From Dickeya dadantii NCPPB 898 (GTDB lineage: Bacteria > Pseudomonadota > Gammaproteobacteria > Enterobacterales > Enterobacteriaceae): a DNA stretch of 32,000 bases. The notes below the pieces were generated by a model. The model did no database searches and was not told the DNA's origin. It saw nothing but the letters and a program-made list of their open reading frames with translations. The position numbers were made by a program, and so were the translations under genes. The DNA lies in NCBI RefSeq assembly GCF_000406145.1, contig NZ_CM001976.1:1682551-1714550 (forward strand), read 5' to 3'. Shown one piece after another: positions 1 to 7,854 of this stretch. Position 1 is the stretch's first letter. Every line of letters starts with the position of its first letter.

Positions 1-1289
1 GCCATCAGCAACCGCCGCTGCTGGTGGCCGACGGCGCCGATTTGCAGCGCGCCGTCGCGTTTGGCCCGGTATGGTCGCCGGCCCCCACGGGGCATAAGCC
101 GCAACCGGCGCTGGATGCGCAACTGGCGTGGTATTTCGACTTCTATCAGCAGGAGGTGGAACAGCGGAAATGGTACGGCTTCTGGGATTTCGGCGACGTG
201 ATGCACACCTACGATGGCGATCGCCATGTCTGGCGTTATGACGTGGGCGGCTACGCCTGGGATAACTCGGAGCTGAGCACCGATCTGTGGCTATGGTACT
301 ACTTTCTGCGTAGCGGCCGGGCGGACGTGTTCCGCATGGCGGAAGCCATGACTCGCCACACCGGCGAGGTGGACGTGCACCATGCCGGCCGCTTCCAGCC
401 GCTTGGGTCGCGCCACAACGTGCGTCACTGGGGCGACAGCGCCAAGCAGTTGCGCATTTCCACCGTGGCGAACCGGCGTTTTCTGTATTACCTGACCGCG
501 GATGAACGTATCGGCGAGCTGATGGATGAGCAGGTGGAGGCGCTGCGCACCCTGCAACGGGTGATGCCGGGCCGCAAGATCGGCCAGCCACCGCCGGCCG
601 ACGAACGGCTGGTCAGCCTCTATTTCGGCACCGACTGGGGCGCGGTGGCGGCAGCCTGGCTGACCGCCTGGGAGCGGCGGCATGATGCGGCGATACGCGA
701 TCGTCTGCTCAACAGCATGCGGTCGATTGCGGCCCAGCCGCACGGCTTCTTCACCGGGCTGGCGGAGATGGACCCCGACACCGGCGTATTCCGGCCGGTA
801 GCGGCCGACCAACTCGTTATTTCGCATCTGAGTGCGGTGTTCGGGCTGGCGGAGGTGTGCGCCGAACTGTTGCAGGTGCTGCCGGACCCGGCGTTCGAGC
901 GCGCCTGGCTGGACTATTGCCGCCTGTACAACGACCCGAAGGCGTTGAGCGCGTTTGTCGGTCAGCCGGTGAAAAAGCGCAATCTGGTGCAGGGCCATGC
1001 CCGGCTGAGCGCCTTTGCCGGCTGGCATCAGCACGACAAGGCGCTGACCCGGCGCGCCTGGCGCGAGTTTGTGGACGGCGAGGGCGGTATTGTCCACCCC
1101 AACCGGCGGGTACGGCTGCTCACGCCGCCCGCGGTGCTCTATCCGGTGAAAGAGGCGGAGATCGATTCGTCGATCGATCAGCGTTCCGGCAGCACCGTCG
1201 TCACCAATCTGTCCACCAATGCGGTGGCGCAGTGGGGGCTGACCGCTATCGCCATGCTGGCGCTGGCGGGAGACGCACCGCCCAAATAG
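1..1289 (+). CDS. 3' portion of a large conserved protein whose 5' end lies outside the window. It resembles YetA / 'exo-rhamnogalacturonan lyase family' proteins, which often accompany DUF1961 (YesU-type) genes.
   Basis: The frame is open from base 3 (HQQPPLLVADGADLQ...), so the listed start at 24 (GTG) is internal. The translation looks ordinary and globular (WYGFWDFGDVMHTYDGDRHVWRYDVGGYAWDNSELSTDLWLWYYF...). Stop is TAG at 1287-1289. The family call is from memory only. Confidence 0.6.
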   Translation, partial: HQQPPLLVADGADLQRAVAFGPVWSPAPTGHKPQPALDAQLAWYFDFYQQEVEQRKWYGFWDFGDVMHTYDGDRHVWRYDVGGYAWDNSELSTDLWLWYYFLRSGRADVFRMAEAMTRHTGEVDVHHAGRFQPLGSRHNVRHWGDSAKQLRISTVANRRFLYYLTADERIGELMDEQVEALRTLQRVMPGRKIGQPPPADERLVSLYFGTDWGAVAAAWLTAWERRHDAAIRDRLLNSMRSIAAQPHGFFTGLAEMDPDTGVFRPVAADQLVISHLSAVFGLAEVCAELLQVLPDPAFERAWLDYCRLYNDPKALSAFVGQPVKKRNLVQGHARLSAFAGWHQHDKALTRRAWREFVDGEGGIVHPNRRVRLLTPPAVLYPVKEAEIDSSIDQRSGSTVVTNLSTNAVAQWGLTAIAMLALAGDAPPK

Positions 1290-1380
1290 CGATACGTCAG
1301 GCAACGACGGGCCAGATAGCCACAGGCCCGATAACGGCGCAATCCGGATAATCACGCCCGCCGCAGCGGGCTGCAACCGT

Positions 1381-1444
1381 ACATCATCACAATAAAACAT
1401 CATCACAATAAAACATCATCACAACAGAACATCATCAGGACATG
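1381..1444. repeat. 16-bp tandem repeat of about 4 units: ACATCATCACAATAAA x2, ACATCATCACAACAGA, ACATCATCAGGACATG
   Basis: Read directly. Units start at 1381, 1397, 1413 and 1429. The last, degenerate unit contains the AGGA (1437-1440) that lies 8 nt before the ATG at 1449. Confidence 0.9.
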
Positions 1445-1448
1445 ATCA

Positions 1449-2165
1449 ATGACGGACACAGGCTATAGCGCACAGCGCACGGTTATGGAAAGCCACGCCG
1501 GTCAGGCGTGTACCGCCGCCACGGAAGGCGATTTTCACCAGCAATCAAATCCCCATCAATTCACCCTGCAATGGGCGCAAGCCGCTGACGGAAAACCGTT
1601 GTGCTGGCGGGTGGAGCAGGAAGATCCGGCGCGCACCCGCATCGGTGTTGACGAACACGCGTTGACGCTGGACAGCGCCGCCGGGCTGACGGTGTGGCTC
1701 GACCAGCCGCTATCCGGCAGGTATCGCATCAGTTATCTGCGCGAAGTCTTGGTGCAGGGGCAGCCGAACGATCGGCTTTCCGATCTCAATCAGTTTTGGG
1801 CGGCGCGGGACCCGGCTCGCGCGTCGTTGTTCACCCGTCACGGGGTGCTGGGTGAATACGATAATCTGGCGCTGTATTACGTTGGCATGGGCGGCAACTG
1901 GAACAGCACCACCCGTTTTCGCTACTACAACGGCCTCGGCGAGCGACAGTTGCTGGGGGAGTTCACCGATGAAGCGCATTTGCTGCGCGCCGGGCAGCGT
2001 TATCGGGTGACCATTGAGGTGGACAGCACCGAAACCCGTTTCCTGATCGATAACCAGCTCTACTTTCGCGCTCACTATGCCGCACCGCCGGCCAGCGGCT
2101 ATTTCGGCCTGCGGACGGTATTTTCGCGGCAGACAATCAGCCAGTTCAGCGTCACGCCGCTGTAG
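1449..2165 (+). CDS. DUF1961-family (YesU-like, concanavalin-type fold) protein, 238 aa
   Basis: ATG at 1449 is preceded by AGGA. The segment LALYYVGMGGNWNSTTRFRYYNG and the overall size match my memory of DUF1961 proteins. The 3' end overlaps the convergent LysR gene by 14 nt. Confidence 0.6.
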   Translation: MTDTGYSAQRTVMESHAGQACTAATEGDFHQQSNPHQFTLQWAQAADGKPLCWRVEQEDPARTRIGVDEHALTLDSAAGLTVWLDQPLSGRYRISYLREVLVQGQPNDRLSDLNQFWAARDPARASLFTRHGVLGEYDNLALYYVGMGGNWNSTTRFRYYNGLGERQLLGEFTDEAHLLRAGQRYRVTIEVDSTETRFLIDNQLYFRAHYAAPPASGYFGLRTVFSRQTISQFSVTPL

Positions 2166-3093
2166 TGTCGGAAGCGCTGATGCGGTGCGGCGCCTGATCC
2201 ACCTGCAAAAACATGGCGATCAGCCGCTGCGACAGCCACGACAGGCGGGAGTCGGCGCGGCTGACGATGCCGTAATGGGTGTAAAACTCGTCGGTGTCGT
2301 CGTCCAGCCCGGTGATTTTCAGCATGTGGATGCCGTCCGGCGGCTGTTGTAACGGCCCGTGGCGATGATTGGTGGTGCCGATGGCGTCGGACTGGCGGAT
2401 CACATCCAGCAGGCTGTAGCCGTTCTCGCACTCAATGCTGGTGCGGATATCCTGCTGGCCGCTCAGCCGCACCAGCGCCTGACGCAGGTTGGGTGGGCGC
2501 ACCGTGGCCGCCAGCGGGTAGCTGAACAGTTGCTCGACGCTGATTTCATCAAACGCCGCCAGCGGATGCCCCTGACGACAGCAGAAGCCCCAGCGGTGCT
2601 GGCTCAGCGGCTGCACGTTGTAGCGGGCGTCCAGCTCGAAATGGCGGGTATCGGCGACGATAAAGGCAAACTCTTCCGCCATCAGGCGTTGCCCCAGCGC
2701 CTGCCAGTTATCGACCCGGAACATCAACCGCACCCGTGGATACTGGCGGGAGAACTCGCCGATCACCTGCGGCATCAGCCAGGCCGCCGGCGCCGGGCCG
2801 CAGCCGAAATGCACCTCGCCGCTCTCTTTTTCGCTGAACTGTTCGATATCGTTGATTAAATCCTGCGCGTGGCGGGTGAGGCGGCGGGCGTGTTCCAGCA
2901 CCAGCAGCCCTTTCTTGGTGGGTTCCAGATTATGGTGACGGTCGATCAGCCGCGCGCCCACGCTCTGTTCCAGCGACTGGATGCTGCGGCTGAACGCCGA
3001 CTGTGAAATGTTCATAGCCAGCGCCGCCGAAGTGAAATTACGGTGCTCGATCAGCGCAATAAAGTGGCGTAACTGACGCAGGTCGATATTCAT
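2152..3093 (-). CDS. LysR-family transcriptional regulator, 313 aa
   Basis: The N-terminal wHTH is MNIDLRQLRHFIALIEHRNFTSAALAMNISQSAFSRSIQSLEQ, followed by a LysR substrate-binding domain (FGCGPAPAA...VDNWQAL). It is a clear paralog of the LysR at 17933-18859. Confidence 0.9.
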   Translation of the reverse strand: MNIDLRQLRHFIALIEHRNFTSAALAMNISQSAFSRSIQSLEQSVGARLIDRHHNLEPTKKGLLVLEHARRLTRHAQDLINDIEQFSEKESGEVHFGCGPAPAAWLMPQVIGEFSRQYPRVRLMFRVDNWQALGQRLMAEEFAFIVADTRHFELDARYNVQPLSQHRWGFCCRQGHPLAAFDEISVEQLFSYPLAATVRPPNLRQALVRLSGQQDIRTSIECENGYSLLDVIRQSDAIGTTNHRHGPLQQPPDGIHMLKITGLDDDTDEFYTHYGIVSRADSRLSWLSQRLIAMFLQVDQAPHRISASDTTAA

Positions 3094-3234
3094 GGTATTC
3101 AGGGCACTGTGGTGCGGCGGAGAGACAGACTGAGCAGGCTACCAGCCCGACGACCCCGTCAACAAATAACCAATACGGCGGCGATATGACAGGTTGTTAT
3201 ATGTCAGAAACGGTGCGAGCGGGCAGGAACAACA

Positions 3235-3258
3235 CCCCTCCCGCCGGCGCGGGAGGGG
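3235..3258 (-). terminator. GC-rich hairpin just downstream of the DUF2076 gene; a likely intrinsic terminator with an imperfect U tract
   Basis: CCCCTCCCGC (3235-3244) pairs perfectly with GCGGGAGGGG (3249-3258), with loop CGGC. On the minus strand it is followed by TGTTGTTCC. It begins 8 nt after the stop codon (3266-3268). Confidence 0.5.
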
Positions 3259-3265
3259 ACGGGGA

Positions 3266-4033
3266 TTAGACGTAGGAATCGTCGTCGTCGTAGGAATCAT
3301 CAGCCGCGAAATCGTCGTAGCCGCTGTTCTGCGGTTCGTCGTCGGCGTTGCTGTTCCAAAAGTTGTTGCCGGCACCGGCACCGTTGAACGTATCCAGATT
3401 GTCCGCACCGAAATCCCGGAAGCTGTCGCCGACGTTACCCAGCGGGTTCTCGTTGAGCACCGGATTTTCGTTGATGATGTTGATGATTTCTTCCGGCTGC
3501 GAGCGGTGGAACATGCCGGTCAGCATATCGGCCAGCACCACGCCGCCCGCCACGCCGGCGGCGGTCTGCAACGCGCCGCTCAGAAAACCGCCCGCACGGG
3601 ACGGCGCCGGTTGCGCATAGCCCGGCGCAGGCTGGCCGTAACCCGGTGCCGGCGGCGTATATCCCATCGGCTGACCGTATCCGGCCGGCTGGCCATAACC
3701 CGCCGGTTGCGACGGCTGCGGCGCGCTGTTGCGACTGCCGCCGCCAAACAGCCCGGCCAGAAAACCGCCGCTGCTTTGCTGTGGACGGGCAGAGGCTTCC
3801 TGCGTCAGTCGGTTGACCTCGGCTTCCAGCTCTTTCACCCGCTGATCCAGCTGTTTCAGCGCCGCTTCCTGAATAATCATCGCCTGCGCCATGTAGTAAG
3901 GCGCGGCTGGCTGCTGGCGAATGTGGTCATTGATTTGCTGTTCTGCCTTGAGATCCCGAGGGCCCGTGTTGGTCTCGGCTGTTTTCAGTCGGCTAAACAG
4001 ACCATCAATAAGGCGTTGTTCTTCAGATTGCAT
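3266..4033 (-). CDS. DUF2076-family protein, 255 aa, with an N-terminal coiled-coil-like region, a G/Y/P/Q repeat middle and an acidic C-terminus
   Basis: MQSEEQRLIDGLFSRLKTAE...AAPYYMAQAMIIQEAALKQLDQRVKELEAE matches my memory of DUF2076. Internal repeats are GYGQPAGYGQPMGY and PAPGYGQPAPGYAQPAP. The tail is DDSYDDDDSYV. SD is GAGG, 7 nt before the ATG. Confidence 0.75.
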   Translation of the reverse strand: MQSEEQRLIDGLFSRLKTAETNTGPRDLKAEQQINDHIRQQPAAPYYMAQAMIIQEAALKQLDQRVKELEAEVNRLTQEASARPQQSSGGFLAGLFGGGSRNSAPQPSQPAGYGQPAGYGQPMGYTPPAPGYGQPAPGYAQPAPSRAGGFLSGALQTAAGVAGGVVLADMLTGMFHRSQPEEIINIINENPVLNENPLGNVGDSFRDFGADNLDTFNGAGAGNNFWNSNADDEPQNSGYDDFAADDSYDDDDSYV

Positions 4034-4254
4034 AGGATTACCTCAAGAGATATTGGATTGCGGACCCGTCTAATCAGGCCGGTCCTGCGGCTGTTTTGTC
4101 ACACCCTTCGCCGCCATCCTACTGCGTTCCTGCGGGCTAATACACGATTGTCGGGTAAAGCTGCTTACAAATTTGTTACCAATTACGGCAAACCGACGCC
4201 GGTCGTTCTGCCGGTTTTCGTCTTACTTTTTCCGCTATTGATATTTTACCTGCC

Positions 4255-4394
4255 GGAGGAAATGGTGATTAATACTTTCACACGCCGGAAGCCTGCCAGA
4301 ACGGGCTTCCGGGCCGTGCAGCTACGCTGAGCGAAGGGATACGCCGCTCAGGCGAAACAGGACGGCCTGCACGGTTGGAAGGCGTCATTTTTTT
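4255..4394 (+). promoter_or_regulatory. Candidate leader-peptide/attenuator element: a 22-codon uORF (4262-4330), mutually exclusive helices, and a T7-tailed hairpin
   Basis: GGAGG at 4255-4259 precedes ATG 4262 and GTG 4265. Helix A is 4285-4293 with 4304-4312 (9 bp). Helix B is 4314-4321 (CCGTGCAG) with 4367-4374 (CTGCACGG), 8 bp. The terminator-like helix is 4361-4368 with 4380-4386 (one bulge), followed by TTTTTTT at 4388-4394. No promoter was identified. Confidence 0.35.
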
Positions 4395-4442
4395 ATCCGT
4401 TTTACGAACCGGTTTCCCATTTATCGACCAGGAGGAATCACC

Positions 4443-4565
4443 ATGTCCCGTCTGTGTTGTTGCGGCTGCTCCATGCTGAATGTTTCGACATTTGTTAATT
4501 TCATTGATGGAGTCCGCCATGAGTCAACCCGCATCCCTGCCCGTACTCGACTTTTCCCTGCTTGA
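4443..4565 (+). CDS. Candidate 40-codon upstream ORF with a cysteine run (MSRLCCCGCSMLNVSTFVNFIDGVRHESTRIPARTRLFPA); it overlaps the oxygenase start in another frame
   Basis: AGGAGG at 4430-4435 lies 7 nt before ATG 4443. Codons 5-9 are TGT TGT TGC GGC TGC. Stop is TGA at 4563-4565. There is no homology evidence; the call rests on the strong SD and on context. Confidence 0.35.
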   Translation: MSRLCCCGCSMLNVSTFVNFIDGVRHESTRIPARTRLFPA

Positions 4566-5553
4566 CGGCAATGCCCGGCAACGTGCCGATTTTCTGCAAC
4601 GCCTGAATCACGCCGCGCGTGAAACCGGCTTCTTCTATCTGACCCACCACGGCGTCGACCCGGAATTGCAACAACGCGTTCAACGGCTGTCGCGCGCTTT
4701 TTTTGCCTTGCCGGACGCGGAAAAACAGCGGGTGGCGATGATCCGCTCTCCCTATTTTCGTGGCTATAACGTCGCGGGCGCAGAGCGTACCCGCAGCGAA
4801 CCGGACTGGCGCGAGCAGTTCGATATCGGGGCCGAGCGCCCGCCGCTGCGCCTGTTATCCGGCGATCCCGCCTGGCGACGGCTACAGGGGCCGAATCAGT
4901 GGCCTGTGTCGCTGCCGGAACTGAAAACCGCATTGCTGGAGTGGCAGCAAACCCTGACCCGCATTTCGCTGCGTTTACTCCGTGCCTTCGCTGAAGTGCT
5001 GGGGCTGCCGATAACCGCGTTTGATGCGCTGTACGGCGATAAACCCAGCGAGCATATCAAGCTGATTCGCTATCCGGGCCGGGCGACGGCGGACAGCCAT
5101 CAGGGAGTCGGCGCGCACAAGGATTCCGGTTTCCTGACGCTGTTGTTGCAGGATCAGCAGTCTGGTTTGCAGGTGGAGGTCGAACCGGATCAATGGGTGG
5201 ACGCGCACCCGCTGGCGGGGTCGTTTGTGGTCAATATCGGCGAACTGCTGGAGCTGGCGACAAACGGTTATCTGCGCGCCACCGTGCACCGGGTGGTGTC
5301 GCCGCCGGCCAGTCAGGAACGGCTGTCGGTGGCTTTTTTCCTCGGCGCGCAGTTGGATGCGGTGGTGCCGGTGTTTCCGCTGTCGCCGGCGCTGGCGAAA
5401 CTGGCTCGCGGGCCGGCCAGCGACCCGAACAACCCGCTGTTGCGTGAAGTGGGTTGGAATTACCTGAAAGGGCGCTTGCGTTCCCACCCGGAAGTGGCGA
5501 AGCGCTACTACGGCGATGTGGTGCAGGCGCAGCAGCAGGCGGTTACCGCCTGA
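4519..5553 (+). CDS. 2-oxoglutarate/Fe(II)-dependent oxygenase of the isopenicillin-N-synthase-like family, 344 aa
   Basis: I chose the start at ATG 4519 (GGAG at 4509-4512) because family members typically begin near the LPV(I/L)D motif (MSQPASLPVLDFSLLDG). The HxD...H-type core is visible (GVGAHKDSGFLTLLLQD ... LRATVHRV). Confidence 0.85.
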   Translation: MSQPASLPVLDFSLLDGNARQRADFLQRLNHAARETGFFYLTHHGVDPELQQRVQRLSRAFFALPDAEKQRVAMIRSPYFRGYNVAGAERTRSEPDWREQFDIGAERPPLRLLSGDPAWRRLQGPNQWPVSLPELKTALLEWQQTLTRISLRLLRAFAEVLGLPITAFDALYGDKPSEHIKLIRYPGRATADSHQGVGAHKDSGFLTLLLQDQQSGLQVEVEPDQWVDAHPLAGSFVVNIGELLELATNGYLRATVHRVVSPPASQERLSVAFFLGAQLDAVVPVFPLSPALAKLARGPASDPNNPLLREVGWNYLKGRLRSHPEVAKRYYGDVVQAQQQAVTA

Positions 5554-5596
5554 ATTCGGTTAGCTATCAAAATGAAAATCATCAAGGGATAACAAA

Positions 5597-6403
5597 ATGA
5601 AAAATCATAATTTTTTTGCTCTGACGGCGATGGCATTGGCAATGGGACTGTCGGTATCGGCTCAGGCGGCCGATGCCTTGCGGGTGGCGGCGGATCCGGT
5701 GCCGCACGCGGAAATTCTGGAGCAGATTCAAAAGGCGGACCCGTCGCTGAAGCTGAAGGTGGTGGAGTTGAGCGGCAACGTGAACGCCAACGAACTGCTG
5801 GCCAGCGGCGATGTGGACGCCAACTACTTCCAGCACGTGCCTTATCTGCGCGATCAGGAAAAAGCGCTGGGCAAAAAATTCGTGGTGGCGGCCACGGTGC
5901 ATATCGAACCGCTGGGGATTTATTCCCGCAAATACAAATCGCTCCACGAGGTGAAGGAGAACGCCACCGTGGCGGTGCCGAACAACGTCACCAACCTCAG
6001 CCGGGCGCTGTACCTGTTGCAGGGGCAGGGGCTGATCAAACTCAAGGCGGGTTATAACGACCCGTCGAAAGATCAGGCGACGCCGAAAGACATCGCCGAC
6101 AACCCGAAAAAACTGAAGATCAAAGAGATTGAAGCGGCGCAGATCCCCCGTTCGCTGGATGACGTCGACCTGGCGGTGATCAACGGCAACTACGCGCTGG
6201 AGGCCGGGCTGGTGCCGTCCCGCGATGCGCTGGGGCTGGAGAGCGCCAGCCATAATCCATACGCCAACATTCTGGTGACCACGCCGGCGCTGCAAAACGA
6301 TCCGCGTATCAAGCAACTGGCGAAGGATCTGGAGTCCAAAGCCACGGCCGACTTCATCAGTCAGCGCTATAAAGGGTCGGTGATTGCGGTGGCGGGGCAA
6401 TAA
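5597..6403 (+). CDS. MetQ/NlpA-family ABC substrate-binding protein, 268 aa, with a Sec signal (no lipobox Cys)
   Basis: The signal peptide is MKNHNFFALTAMALAMGLSVSAQA/AD. Family-typical segments are LRVAADPVPHAEIL and NYFQHVPYL. Confidence 0.85.
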   Translation: MKNHNFFALTAMALAMGLSVSAQAADALRVAADPVPHAEILEQIQKADPSLKLKVVELSGNVNANELLASGDVDANYFQHVPYLRDQEKALGKKFVVAATVHIEPLGIYSRKYKSLHEVKENATVAVPNNVTNLSRALYLLQGQGLIKLKAGYNDPSKDQATPKDIADNPKKLKIKEIEAAQIPRSLDDVDLAVINGNYALEAGLVPSRDALGLESASHNPYANILVTTPALQNDPRIKQLAKDLESKATADFISQRYKGSVIAVAGQ

Positions 6404-6406
6404 CGG

Positions 6407-7198
6407 ATGATTCGCATCGAACGGCTGGGGAAACGCTATCCGGGGTGCGCGCAGCCCGCGCTGGAGAACGTGTCGCTGACCATTCCGTCAGGGGCGGTGT
6501 ACGGTATTCTCGGGCGTAGCGGCGCGGGCAAGAGCACGCTGATTCGTTGTCTCAATCTGCTGGAGCGGCCCACCGCGGGCCGTATTCTGATGGACGACTG
6601 CGACATCGCCCGCCTGTCGCCGCGGGCGTTGCGCCAGCAGCGTCAGCGCACCGGCATGGTTTTCCAACATTTCAATCTGCTGCATGCCCGCACGGTGCGG
6701 GATAACGTAGCTGTGCCGCTGGAAATCGCCGGGGTCGGCAGGCGCGAGCGGGAAGCGCGCGTGACGGAATTGTTGGCGTTAGTCGGGTTGAGCGACAAGG
6801 CGCTGGCTTACCCGTCACAGCTGTCCGGCGGGCAGAAACAGCGGGTCGGCATCGCCCGTGCGCTGGCGGCGCAGCCGCGTTATCTGCTGTGCGACGAGGC
6901 CACCAGCGCGCTCGACCCGGAAACCACCGCGTCGATACTGGCGCTGCTGGCCGACATCAACCGGCAACTGGGGCTGACCATTGTGCTGATCACCCATGAA
7001 CTGGAGGTGGTCAAAGCCATCTGCGATCACGCGGCGTTGCTGGAGCAAGGCCGCGTGGCGGAAAGCGGCGCGCTGCGAACGCTGCTGGCGGACCCGGCTT
7101 CCCGCCTGCGACAGGTGCTGTTGCCGAATCTGGACGCCGAGCGTGCGTTTTTGCGGCGACACGGCGTAGAGGAGGGGGAATTGTGCAAAGTCGCCTGA
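6407..7198 (+). CDS. MetN-type ABC ATPase, 263 aa, without the C-terminal regulatory (NIL/C2) domain
   Basis: Walker A is GRSGAGKST, the signature is LSGGQKQR, and Walker B is [11 protein letters not shown]. Only about 25 aa follow the ABC core. The 3' end overlaps the permease start by 16 nt. Confidence 0.9.
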   Translation: MIRIERLGKRYPGCAQPALENVSLTIPSGAVYGILGRSGAGKSTLIRCLNLLERPTAGRILMDDCDIARLSPRALRQQRQRTGMVFQHFNLLHARTVRDNVAVPLEIAGVGRREREARVTELLALVGLSDKALAYPSQLSGGQKQRVGIARALAAQPRYLLCDEATSALDPETTASILALLADINRQLGLTIVLITHELEVVKAICDHAALLEQGRVAESGALRTLLADPASRLRQVLLPNLDAERAFLRRHGVEEGELCKVA

Positions 7199-7854
7199 GT
7201 TGGGAAGACTTTTTCCCGATCATGCTGAACGCGACGCTGGAAACCCTGTACATGGTGGGGCTGGCGGCGCTGTTTACCGTGCTGGTGGGGCTGCCGACCG
7301 GCGTGTTGCTGTTTATCAGCCGTCAGTCGGGCATCATGCCGTTGCCGCGAGTGAATGCGGTGCTGGGCGGGGTGATCAATGTCGGGCGTTCGCTGCCGTT
7401 CGTGGTGTTATTGATTGCCCTGATCCCGTTTACCCGCTGGGTGGTCGGCACGACGTTGGGCAGCACCGCCGCGGTGGTGCCGATTACCGTCGGTGCGTTT
7501 CCGTTTTTCGCTCGTATTGTGGAAAACGCGTTGGCCGAGGTGGATCGCGGCCGGATAGAGGCGATTGTGTCGATGGGCGGCACCGTCTGGCATGTGATCA
7601 CTAAAGCGTTGCTGCCGGAAGCGCTGCCGTCGATTCTGGCGGGCATCACCCTGACGGTGGTGATGCTGATCGGCTTTTCGTCAATGGCGGGGGTGATTGG
7701 CGGCGGCGGGCTGGGGGATCTGGCTATCCGCTACGGTTATCAACGTTTCAATCAGCAGGTGATGGCGGGAACGATGATCGTACTGGAGCTGCTGGTGCAA
7801 CTGGTACAGTCGCTGGGCGACAGGCTGGTGCGTCGGCTGGCCTACCGACGGTAA
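7183..7854 (+). CDS. MetI-type ABC permease, 223 aa
   Basis: GTG at 7183 is preceded by GGAGG (7171-7175). The sequence aligns by eye with E. coli MetI ([12 protein letters not shown]..., [23 protein letters not shown]). An alternative ATG lies at 7222. Confidence 0.85.
   Translation: MQSRLSWEDFFPIMLNATLETLYMVGLAALFTVLVGLPTGVLLFISRQSGIMPLPRVNAVLGGVINVGRSLPFVVLLIALIPFTRWVVGTTLGSTAAVVPITVGAFPFFARIVENALAEVDRGRIEAIVSMGGTVWHVITKALLPEALPSILAGITLTVVMLIGFSSMAGVIGGGGLGDLAIRYGYQRFNQQVMAGTMIVLELLVQLVQSLGDRLVRRLAYRR

Noticed and set aside
291-1406. 371-aa minus-strand ORF, together with similar long alternative-frame ORFs at 12926-14122, 15345-16406, 21358-22806, 27146-28591 and 29674-30804
   Set aside because: All lie antisense or out of frame to genes with clear family signatures. 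They have Arg/Pro/Gly/Ala-biased composition and no recognisable motifs. They are GC-driven open frames, not genes.
3194-4330. 378-aa plus-strand ORF covering the DUF2076 gene and part of the leader
   Set aside because: It is antisense to a well-formed gene, extremely Arg-rich and repetitive (RRLRRLRR...), and has no SD. This is the typical shadow ORF of GC-rich DNA.
4034-4518. MetJ boxes (AGACGTCT tandem) or a SAM/other riboswitch in the long leader
   Set aside because: The closest match (GACCCGTCTAATCAGG near 4062) is poor and not tandem. I could not recognise any known riboswitch core by eye. A covariance-model scan (Rfam/Infernal) would be the decisive test.
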